The notes under the pieces: generated by a model | What the model saw: the letters and a program-made list of their open reading frames with translations, nothing else | The model's database searches: none | What the model was told of the DNA's origin: nothing | Made by a program: the position numbers and the translations under genes | Shown: one piece after another, positions 40,916 through 48,764 of the stretch | Numbering within the stretch: the stretch's first letter is position 1 | How the letters are laid out: every line of letters begins with the position of its first letter | Source of the DNA: an uncultured Chloroflexia bacterium | GTDB taxonomy: Bacteria; Chloroflexota; Limnocylindria; QHBO01 | Length of the DNA: 64,000 nt | Assembly (NCBI GenBank): GCA_963812115.1 | Contig: CAWEUD010000043.1 | Location: 123,535-187,534 of the forward strand | Direction of reading: 5' to 3'

Positions 40916-41558
40916 CCGTCTCCATCACCACCTTCTCGCCGATGCGTCGCTCGGTGCCGGCCCGCAGCCGGACGATGTTGTCGCGGTGCGATGCGATGAT
41001 CAGGACGCCGGCAATGCCAGCGTAGCCGACCGCGGGCCATCCGTTCAGGCCAAGCCCGGCAAAGGCCGCCGCCGCGAGCGGAGCGGCCACGCTCCCCGTG
41101 ATCGAGGCAGCCGACACGTAGCGCGTGCGCCAGATGACGAGCAGCATGAGCGGGACGAGCACAGCCACGGTCAGCGGCGTCAGGACCAGCAGGCCGCCGC
41201 CGGTCGTCGCCACGCCGCGACCGCCCCGGAAACCAATGAAGACGGACCAGTTGTGGCCCGCCACGGCGGCCAGCCCGGCGGTGGCGGCCACCCACTCCAC
41301 CGCCACGAACGCATCGGCCTGGTAGAGGAAGCGTGCAACGGCGATGGCAGCGGCGCCCTTGCCCACGTCGAGCAGGAGCACGACGGCGGCCCATGCCGGC
41401 CCGAGCGTGCGGAGGGTGTTCGTGGCGCCGGTGCGCCCCGAGCCGTGTCGGCGCAGGTCGATGCCGCCGGCCAGGCGGCCAGCGACGTTGCCGAACGGGA
41501 CGGCGCCGAGCAGGTAGGCGAGGAAGATGACGCCGGCCGCGCCCAGCGGGCCCGTCAC
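40902..41558 (-). CDS. plsY: Glycerol-3-phosphate acyltransferase PlsY
   Basis: PlsY motifs (HGSGRTGATN, FKGGRGVAT-like FRGGRGVAT). Confidence 0.85.
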   Translation of the reverse strand: MTGPLGAAGVIFLAYLLGAVPFGNVAGRLAGGIDLRRHGSGRTGATNTLRTLGPAWAAVVLLLDVGKGAAAIAVARFLYQADAFVAVEWVAATAGLAAVAGHNWSVFIGFRGGRGVATTGGGLLVLTPLTVAVLVPLMLLVIWRTRYVSAASITGSVAAPLAAAAFAGLGLNGWPAVGYAGIAGVLIIASHRDNIVRLRAGTERRIGEKVVMETDAQH

Positions 41559-41562
41559 GCGG

Positions 41563-41892
41563 TCAGCGGCTGGCGGCGGCGCGCGCCTGGAGCGATCTCA
41601 GCAGCCAGGCGAGCGCGAGCCAGGCGATGGCGACGGCTGCTCCCACGTAGAGGGCGAAGGGCATGCCGCTCGGCCACGCGATGGAGAACGAGATCAGCCC
41701 GGCGACCGCGCCACCGCCGAGCATCAGGAGCGGGAATCGGCCGCCCCAGAAGGCGAACTCGGCGCTCCGCGGTGCAGGTGGCCGCCTTCGCTGCTTCTGC
41801 GCCTTGAGCCGCTGTTGGGCACCGGCGGGCAGGGCATACGGATCCTGGTTCTTCGTCATGCGCTTGTATGCGCGTCGCTCGGCTCGTGACAT
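41563..41892 (-). CDS. Hypothetical small membrane protein (basic N-terminus plus two TM helices)
   Basis: 109-aa ORF in the same orientation as plsY and pgsA. No recognisable family. Confidence 0.4.
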   Translation of the reverse strand: MSRAERRAYKRMTKNQDPYALPAGAQQRLKAQKQRRRPPAPRSAEFAFWGGRFPLLMLGGGAVAGLISFSIAWPSGMPFALYVGAAVAIAWLALAWLLRSLQARAAASR

Positions 41893-41913
41893 CGGGGTCG
41901 AGTGTAGCGGCCG

Positions 41914-43278
41914 TCAATCGTCCTCGCGCACGCGCGGGCGCCGCGAGCCGGAGGAGCCCATGGCGCTGTGCACGTCCTCGACCTTGAGCTGGACGGGATC
42001 GGCGCCGAAGAAGGCGGTCAGCAGCCAGTCGATCCCGACGCGGACCTTGCGGTTGAAGCCCGGCGTCCGGCTCCAGTAGTAGCCACGCCACATGAACCAG
42101 GCCAGGATGCCCCGCACCTTGAACCCGAAGATGACGCCGACCCCGGTGTGGTGGCCGATGGAGGCGAGCTGGCCGAGCGGCTCGTAGCGAAACGCGTGCT
42201 GCGTTCGACCATCGATGCGGGCCAGGATGTTGTCGGCCAGCGTCTTCGCCTCCCGGACGGCGTTCTGGGCGGTCGGCGCGTAGGGTTCGTGGTCGGGCTT
42301 CGGGTTTGGGATGACGGCGCAGTCACCGATCGCCCACACGTCATCACGGCTGGTCTGCATGGTGGCCTGCGTGAGCACCCGACCGCCCTTGTCCACTTCC
42401 ACGCCGCAGTCGCGGACCACGGGCGCCGGGCGCACACCACCGGTCCACACCACCGTGCGGGTGGGGATCGTTTCGGTGCTCTCACCGTGCTGGACGACGA
42501 CCTCTCGCTCGCGGACCTCCTTGATCGCCGTCTGCAGCAGGACCCGGTAGCCGCGCCCTTCGAGCTGCCGCCGCGCGTACTCCCCCATCTCCGCGGACTG
42601 CTCACCGAGCAGCCGATCGCCGAGCTCCACGAGGACCGTCTGCACCTGCCGCTGCCCGATCTTGCGGTAGTAGCGGCGTCGCACGCGTCGCACGAAGTCC
42701 TCGAGCTCGCCGGCCGTCTCGACGCCGCTGAACCCGCCACCGCCGACGACGAACGTCAGCTGCGCGGCGCGCTCCGCCGGATCCTCCTCGAGCTCGGCGC
42801 GCTCGAACATCTCGATGATCCGGTTGCGCAGGCTGAAGGCATCGGCCAGCGTCTTCATCCCCATGGCGTACTCGTCGATGCCGGGAATGCCGAACGTGTG
42901 GGTCACGCCACCGAGCGCCAGGACGAGCCAGTCGTAGCCGAGCCGATGCAGGTCGCCGTCGCCGCCCAGGACCGTCACGACCCGCTGGTCGAGGTCGATC
43001 TGCTCGACATCGGCGGTGATGCACCAGGTGCTGGGTCGCTTCACCATGCCGCGCAGCGGCGCGACGACGTGGCGCGGCTCGAGGACGCCGGAGCACACCT
43101 CTGGCAGGAGCGGCGTGAAGAGCATGAAGTTGTCCTGGTTGACGAGCCAGATCTCCACGTCCTCGCGCTCGCCCAGGCGAGACTCGAGCGCCTTGACCGT
43201 CTCGACGCCGGCGAAACCCCCGCCGAGCACCAGGATTCTCTGCGGCCTGGGACCGGATGAAGTCGTCACGTCCGCCAT
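41914..43278 (-). CDS. ndh: Type II NADH:quinone oxidoreductase (NDH-2)
   Basis: Two dinucleotide-binding motifs ([10 protein letters not shown]; [12 protein letters not shown]). The start is trimmed to the ATG at 43278 (MADVTTSSG), because the upstream 82 codons are low complexity. Confidence 0.85.
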   Translation of the reverse strand: MADVTTSSGPRPQRILVLGGGFAGVETVKALESRLGEREDVEIWLVNQDNFMLFTPLLPEVCSGVLEPRHVVAPLRGMVKRPSTWCITADVEQIDLDQRVVTVLGGDGDLHRLGYDWLVLALGGVTHTFGIPGIDEYAMGMKTLADAFSLRNRIIEMFERAELEEDPAERAAQLTFVVGGGGFSGVETAGELEDFVRRVRRRYYRKIGQRQVQTVLVELGDRLLGEQSAEMGEYARRQLEGRGYRVLLQTAIKEVREREVVVQHGESTETIPTRTVVWTGGVRPAPVVRDCGVEVDKGGRVLTQATMQTSRDDVWAIGDCAVIPNPKPDHEPYAPTAQNAVREAKTLADNILARIDGRTQHAFRYEPLGQLASIGHHTGVGVIFGFKVRGILAWFMWRGYYWSRTPGFNRKVRVGIDWLLTAFFGADPVQLKVEDVHSAMGSSGSRRPRVREDD

Positions 43279-43369
43279 GGTGACAGGCTCGTCGAGCACT
43301 GCAAACGTCCGGCGCTGTGACCGACGCCCGATTTCGTGCCACCGCATCGGTCTGTACCATAGGCGGCCC

Positions 43370-46066
43370 ATGGACCGACCGATGCACGAGATCTTCGACC
43401 AGTTCAAGCACCAGCTCCCCGACATCGACCCCGTCGAAACGCAGGAGTGGATCGATTCGCTGGACGCGGTCGTCGACCAGGTGGGCGCCGAGCGCGCACG
43501 ATTCCTCCTCTTCAAGCTGCTCAAGCGGGCGCGGCAGCGGCAGGTTGGGTTGCCATCGCTGGTGCAGACCCGCTACATCAACACCATCTCGCCCGAACAG
43601 GAGCCGTACTTCCCCGGCGACGAGGCGATGGAGCACCGCATCCGGCGCATGATCCGCTGGAACGCGCTGGCCATGGTGCTGCGCGCGAACTCTCGCTTCG
43701 AGGGGATCGGCGGCCACCTGTCCACCTACGCCAGCGCCGCCAGCCTGTACGAGGTCGGCTTCAACCACTTCTTCCGCGGGCCCGATGGCGAAGGCAGCGG
43801 CGACCAGGTCTTCTTCCAGGGCCATGCCGCCCCCGGCATCTACGCCCGCGCCTTCCTCGAGGGGCGGCTGGACGAGGACAACCTCGACCACTTCCGCCGA
43901 GAGGCGCTGACCCCCCAGGGCCTCTCCTCGTACCCGCACCCGCGGCTGATGCCCGACTTCTGGCAGTTCCCGACGGTGAGCATGGGCCTCGGCCCCATGA
44001 ACGCGATCTACCAGGCGCGTTTCAACCGCTACCTGGCCGCGCGCGGCATCGCGGATACGAGCAGGAGCCGCGTATGGGCGTTCCTCGGGGACGGTGAGAT
44101 GGACGAGCCGGAGTCGATCGGCGCCCTCTCGCTCGCTGCGCGCGAGGGCCTCGACAACCTGGTCTTCGTCGTCAACTGCAACCTGCAGCGGCTCGACGGT
44201 CCGGTGCGCGGCAACGGGAAGATCATCCAGGAGCTGGAGGCGCTCTTCCGCGGCGCCGGCTGGCACGTCATCAAGGTCATCTGGGCCCGCGAGTGGGACG
44301 ACCTGCTGGCGCGGGACAAGGATGGCGTCCTGCTCAACAAGATGAACGAGACGCTCGATGGCGACTACCAGCGCCTCTCGGTGGCCGATGGGGCCTACAT
44401 TCGCGAGCACTTCTTCGGCCCGGATCCGCGGCTCGGTGCGCTCGTCGAGCACCTCTCCGACGAGGAGCTTGCCAAGCTGCGGCGCGGCGGCCACGACTAC
44501 CGCAAGGTCCATGCGGCCTACGCGGCGGCCGTCGAGCACGCTGGCGCACCAGTGGTGATCCTGGCCAAGACGGTCAAGGGCTGGACGCTGGGTCCCGGAA
44601 TCGAGGCCCGCAACGTCACGCACCAGGCCAAGAAGCTGACCCAGGACGAGCTGAAGGTCTTCCGCGATCGCCTTGAGCTGCCCATCCCGGACGACCAGCT
44701 CAAGGAGGCTCCCTACTACCACCCCGGAGCCGACTCGCCGGAGATCGAGTACATGCTCGAGCGACGGCGGCAGCTGGACGGCTTCCTGCCGCAGCGCTCC
44801 GTGCATCCGATGCCGCTGGCCAACGCCGCCGATGGCGCCTACCAGGAGCTCTTCGCGGGATCGGAGCGGGCCGCCTCGACGACCATGGCCTTCAGCCGCC
44901 TGGTCCGGAACCTGACACGCGACAAGCAGATCGGGGCGCGCATCGTGCCCATCATCCCGGACGAGGCGCGCACCTTCGGCATGGATCCGCTCTTCAAGGA
45001 GATCGGCATCTACAACCCGCTCGGCCAGCGCTACACGCCGGTCGACAAGGAGCTGCTGCTGTCGTACCTCGAGAAGGAGGACGGGCAGATCCTGGAGGAG
45101 GGCATCACGGAGGCCGGCGCCATGGCCGACTTCACCGCCGCCGGGACCGCCTACGCCACCCACGGCCAGCCGATGATCCCGTTCTACATCTTCTACTCGA
45201 TGTTCGGTTTCCAGCGAACCGGCGACTTCGCGTGGGCCTTCGGCGACGTCCGCGGCCGCGGCTTCATGATGGGCGCCACCGCCGGTCGCACGACGCTCAC
45301 CGGCGAGGGGCTGCAGCACGACGACGGCCACTCGCACCTGCTCGCCACCACGCTGCCCAACATCCGCGCCTACGACCCGGCCTTCGCCTACGAGCTGGCG
45401 GTCGTGGTGCGCGACGGCATCGGGCGCATGTACGGCGAGGCCGCCGAGGACGTCTTCTACTACGTCACCCTCTACAACGAGAACTGGGCGATGCCGGCCC
45501 GTCCCGATGGCGTCGACGACGGAATCCTGCGCGGGCTCTACCGCTACCGGGCCGCCGAGCGCGGGTCGCGGCGTGTCCAGCTGCTGGCGTCCGGCCCCAT
45601 CCTGCACCAGGCCCTGCGTGCCCAGGAGCTGCTCGCGGAGCGCTACGACGTGGCCGCCGACGTCTGGAGCGCTCCGTCGTTCCAGCAGCTGCGGCGAGAC
45701 GCGCTGCAGGTGGAACGCTGGAATCGGCTCCATCCCGAGAGCGAGCTGCGGGTTCCGTACCTCGTCGAACAGCTCGCCGGCACGGATGGGCCGATCGTTG
45801 CCGCCACCGACTACATGAAGGCCGTGCCGCACATGATCGCGCCGTGGCTCACCGACCGGCAGTACACCGTCCTGGGGACCGATGGGTTCGGCCGCAGCGA
45901 CACGCGCGAGGCGCTTCGCACGCACTTCGAGGTGAGTCCGGAGCAGATCGCCTACGCGTCGCTCCACGGCCTGTGCCTGACCGATCAGGGCAGCCGCGAG
46001 GAGCTGGTCCGGGCGCTAGGTGAGCTGGAGATCGACCCGGATCGGCCCGATCCGGTGCAGTCCTGA
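43370..46066 (+). CDS. aceE: Pyruvate dehydrogenase E1 component, homodimeric AceE type
   Basis: About 900 aa, AceE-like along its length (TPP-binding [10 protein letters not shown], transketolase-like domains). The start is trimmed to the ATG at 43370. Confidence 0.9.
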   Translation: MDRPMHEIFDQFKHQLPDIDPVETQEWIDSLDAVVDQVGAERARFLLFKLLKRARQRQVGLPSLVQTRYINTISPEQEPYFPGDEAMEHRIRRMIRWNALAMVLRANSRFEGIGGHLSTYASAASLYEVGFNHFFRGPDGEGSGDQVFFQGHAAPGIYARAFLEGRLDEDNLDHFRREALTPQGLSSYPHPRLMPDFWQFPTVSMGLGPMNAIYQARFNRYLAARGIADTSRSRVWAFLGDGEMDEPESIGALSLAAREGLDNLVFVVNCNLQRLDGPVRGNGKIIQELEALFRGAGWHVIKVIWAREWDDLLARDKDGVLLNKMNETLDGDYQRLSVADGAYIREHFFGPDPRLGALVEHLSDEELAKLRRGGHDYRKVHAAYAAAVEHAGAPVVILAKTVKGWTLGPGIEARNVTHQAKKLTQDELKVFRDRLELPIPDDQLKEAPYYHPGADSPEIEYMLERRRQLDGFLPQRSVHPMPLANAADGAYQELFAGSERAASTTMAFSRLVRNLTRDKQIGARIVPIIPDEARTFGMDPLFKEIGIYNPLGQRYTPVDKELLLSYLEKEDGQILEEGITEAGAMADFTAAGTAYATHGQPMIPFYIFYSMFGFQRTGDFAWAFGDVRGRGFMMGATAGRTTLTGEGLQHDDGHSHLLATTLPNIRAYDPAFAYELAVVVRDGIGRMYGEAAEDVFYYVTLYNENWAMPARPDGVDDGILRGLYRYRAAERGSRRVQLLASGPILHQALRAQELLAERYDVAADVWSAPSFQQLRRDALQVERWNRLHPESELRVPYLVEQLAGTDGPIVAATDYMKAVPHMIAPWLTDRQYTVLGTDGFGRSDTREALRTHFEVSPEQIAYASLHGLCLTDQGSREELVRALGELEIDPDRPDPVQS

Positions 46067-46078
46067 ATCGAGCCTTGC

Positions 46079-46615
46079 CTACTCCCCGGAGAGGCGCGGA
46101 ACTCGCCGCAGCCGCGTCCCGCACTCGCCGCAGAACAGGTAGGAGGCCTCCGCCAGCGAGCCACAGGTGGGGCAGTACGTGGGACCCAGCATGCCGAGCG
46201 CGGCCCGAAAGGCCGCGACGAGGGCTCGCAGCGTGCGCTCCACCACGGCCGGCAGGCCGCGACGCCGAAACCAGCCCGCCCGAGCGCCGTCGCCCTCCTC
46301 CGTGACAGCGTCGACGCCTGGTGGGGCCACGGCGCGGCGCTGCGCGACGCGGGCCCCTGGCGTCCACCCCGACAGGAAACGACTACGCGCGCGGTCGTAG
46401 GCCGCGCGCTCGGCAGGATCCGTGAGCATGTTCCGCACGGCGTTCACGACCCCCATCTCCTCATTCGCGCGCGGCGAGCGGTTACGGTCGGGGTGGAACC
46501 GGCGGGCGAGCCGCCGGCAGGCGGCCGAGACTTCCTCGCTGGAGGCTGAATCATCGAGCTGGAGGAGACGATAGACGTCGCGCTCCGGATGGTAGGGCAG
46601 CAGGCTGGGATGCAT
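46079..46615 (-). CDS. J-domain protein with a C-terminal CxxC...CxxC zinc ribbon
   Basis: J-domain (DVYRLLQLDDSASSEEVSAACRRLARRFHPDR) and C-terminal CPTCGS...CGECG. Confidence 0.7.
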   Translation of the reverse strand: MHPSLLPYHPERDVYRLLQLDDSASSEEVSAACRRLARRFHPDRNRSPRANEEMGVVNAVRNMLTDPAERAAYDRARSRFLSGWTPGARVAQRRAVAPPGVDAVTEEGDGARAGWFRRRGLPAVVERTLRALVAAFRAALGMLGPTYCPTCGSLAEASYLFCGECGTRLRRVPRLSGE

Positions 46616-46720
46616 GGGACGGGGGGATGGTAGCGGACATTGCGCACCGCCGCTCGGGCGCCATTTAACAAGCTGAGCTTCCTATTTTGCTAAGCGGGAT
46701 TGCCAATTGCGAATAAGGGG

Positions 46721-46749
46721 TTGACAACTGCATGCGCGAGCCGTATATT
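46721..46749 (+). promoter_or_regulatory. Near-consensus sigma70-type promoter: -35 TTGACA (46721-46726), 17-nt spacer, -10 TATATT (46744-46749), in an AT-rich island
   Basis: Read directly: ggggTTGACAactgcatgcgcgagccgTATATTgccg. AT-rich upstream (UP-like) tract at 46680-46720. About 50 nt upstream of a strong SD and the ATG at 46802. Confidence 0.6.
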
Positions 46750-46801
46750 GCCGTCGTACTTCACTGAACCGTAAGCGAACATCTTCAAAGTGAAGGAGCG
46801 A

Positions 46802-46960
46802 ATGGCAATGTTGGACTATCGAATGCACTACGCGGTGATGGCGACGCACGATCGCCTGCGCGCCCATCGCCAGCAGGAGATCACGCGCGACCGCGGCGTG
46901 CGGCGCATCTTCCGCCTGGTGGGCGGCCGGAGCGGCGCCCGCAGCGAATCAGGCCGCTGA
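46802..46960 (+). CDS. Small basic protein (52 aa), hypothetical; not present in the supplied ORF table (below the size cutoff)
   Basis: ATG preceded by AAGGAG at 5-nt spacing. Translation: MAMLDYRMHYAVMATHDRLRAHRQQEITRDRGVRRIFRLVGGRSGARSESGR. The stop lies 1 nt before the DUF2089 ATG. Confidence 0.5.
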   Translation: MAMLDYRMHYAVMATHDRLRAHRQQEITRDRGVRRIFRLVGGRSGARSESGR

Positions 46961-46961
46961 G

Positions 46962-47396
46962 ATGGCGCGCGACGTCATCTCCACGTGCCCCGTCTGCGAG
47001 GGCGAGCTGCTGATCACGCGTCTGCACTGCCGCAGCTGTGGCACCGCCCTCGAGGGCGAGTTCGGGGTCGGCCGCTTCGGTCGCCTCTCTCGCGAGCAGC
47101 TTGCGCTCCTGGAAAGCTTCCTAAGGGCGCGCGGCAACCTCAAGGAGATGGAGCGCGAGCTCGGCATCTCCTACCCCACCGTTCGCGGCCGCGTCGACGC
47201 GCTGGTTCGCGCGCTCGGCCTGGGCGACGGCGGGCTGCCCGCCGACGAGGACGACGAGCCGATCTCCGATGCGCAGCAGCCCGCGCCTGCTTCCGACGTG
47301 GCGGCGACACGCCGCGCGATCCTGGAGCGCCTCTCGCGCGGTGAGATCGACGCAGCCGCCGCGGCAGCCGAGCTCCGGTCGCTGGCGGAGAGCTGA
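46962..47396 (+). CDS. DUF2089 family protein (N-terminal zinc ribbon plus HTH)
   Basis: CPVCEGEL...CRSCGT zinc ribbon and the conserved LSREQLALLESFLRARGNLKEMERELGISYPTVRGRVDAL. Confidence 0.8.
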   Translation: MARDVISTCPVCEGELLITRLHCRSCGTALEGEFGVGRFGRLSREQLALLESFLRARGNLKEMERELGISYPTVRGRVDALVRALGLGDGGLPADEDDEPISDAQQPAPASDVAATRRAILERLSRGEIDAAAAAAELRSLAES

Positions 47397-47397
47397 G

Positions 47398-48385
47398 ATG
47401 GCCAGGTTCGTTCGCGTGCAGAACATCCGGCACACACTCGGCGCAGAGGGGCGTTTCGACCTGAAGGTCACCTCCGCAGACGTCCGCGTGCGCGGGAATG
47501 ATGGGGCGGACCTGAGCGTGCGGGCCACGTTCGAGATCCGCGCCGAATCCGAGCAGGAGGCCGACGAGATCTTCCGGCGCGTCCAGCTGCTGACCGAGGC
47601 CGGATCCGGGCGCGTCTCGGTCCAGGAACCGGACGGCGCGCCGTCGATGCGCGGAATGATCGACCGCCTGCTGCGCGGCCGCGGCGGCGTCGAGCTGAGC
47701 GTGGAGGTGGAGGTGCCCCAGGCTGCCGAGGTCCGGCTCGAGACCGTCTCCGGGGACGCGACCGTCGAGGGAATGCTCGGGGCGCAACGCTACACGACCG
47801 TCTCGGGCGACCTGTACCTCACCGACGCGGGCGGCAGCATGCGCGTGAACACGCGTGTCGGGCGACGTCACCGTGCGCGGTGAGCGAGCCATCTCGCTGC
47901 GCAGCGAGGCCGTTTCGGGGGACCTGAGCGTCGCGGTGCCACGCATCGAGACCTGCGCAGCCAGAGCGTCTCCGGTGACGTCGAGGTGGAGGGCGAGCTG
48001 GCACCGACGGGCGAGTTTCGCGCCGAGACGGTGAGCGGAGACGTATCGGTCGGGCTGCTGGGGGGCGCGAACCTTCGAGGTTCGCGGCATCTCGACCGAC
48101 ATCAGCAGCGACCTCGACCACCGAATCGAAGGGCGCCTGGATCGGCGGCGGGTGGTGGTCGGCAGCGGTGGTCCGACATTCGTCTTCAATTCCATGTCCG
48201 GTGACCTGAGCATCCGTCGGCCGAGGCGGGTGACGCCGTTGGCGCCGGATGCGCGACCTTCCGCTCCGACGGCGACGCTCCGGGCGCCGGACGAGGCGGA
48301 GCAGCTGGCCGTGCTGCAGGCTCTCGAGCGCGGCGAGATCGACGTGGACGAGGCGAGCCGGCGGCTGGGCGGCGGCGATGCGTGA
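47398..48385 (+). pseudogene. DUF4097 ('toastrack'/putative adhesin; LiaG/LiaX-YvlB C-terminal-like) repeat protein with at least three frameshifts
   Basis: Repeated beta-strand units ending VSGD(V/L) (…TVSGDATVEG…, TVSGDLYLTD, AVSGDLSVAV, SVSGDVEVEG, TVSGDVSVGL, SMSGDLSIRR) spread over three frames between 47398 and 48385. Confidence 0.7.
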
Positions 48386-48757
48386 CGAGCTGGGGACCAT
48401 CCTGCGCCTCGTGGCCGAGGGCAAGCTGAGCGCGGAGGAGGCCGCCCCCATCATCGAGGCGCTCCAGCGCCGGCAGGCGTACGACGCCCCGCAGGCGACG
48501 AGGCCGGCCACCGGGGTGAAGACCATGCCGGTCCCCCACGAGGACGCCGAGTGCGGATCCAGGTCACGGAGCGTGGACGTCACGTCGTGGACCTCCGCAT
48601 CCCCCTCGCGTTCGCGGCGGCCGCCGCACGGGTCGTTCCGGGGATCCCGGACACCTACGCAGCCATGATCGAGCAGGCGGTCGACAACGAGACCGCCGGG
48701 ATCATCGTCGACACCGAGGACGAAAGCGGTGACGGCGTCCTCATCAGCTTGGAGTAG
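48378..48757 (+). CDS. SHOCT/LiaX-N-terminal-like small protein, with one frameshift near 48540
   Basis: Frame A: MRDELGTILRLVAEGKLSAEEAAPIIEALQRRQ. Frame B continues …VRIQVTERGRHVVDLRIPLAFAAAAARVVPGIPDTYAAMIEQAVDNETAGIIVDTEDESGDGVLISLE. Confidence 0.5.
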
Positions 48758-48764
48758 CAGGACC

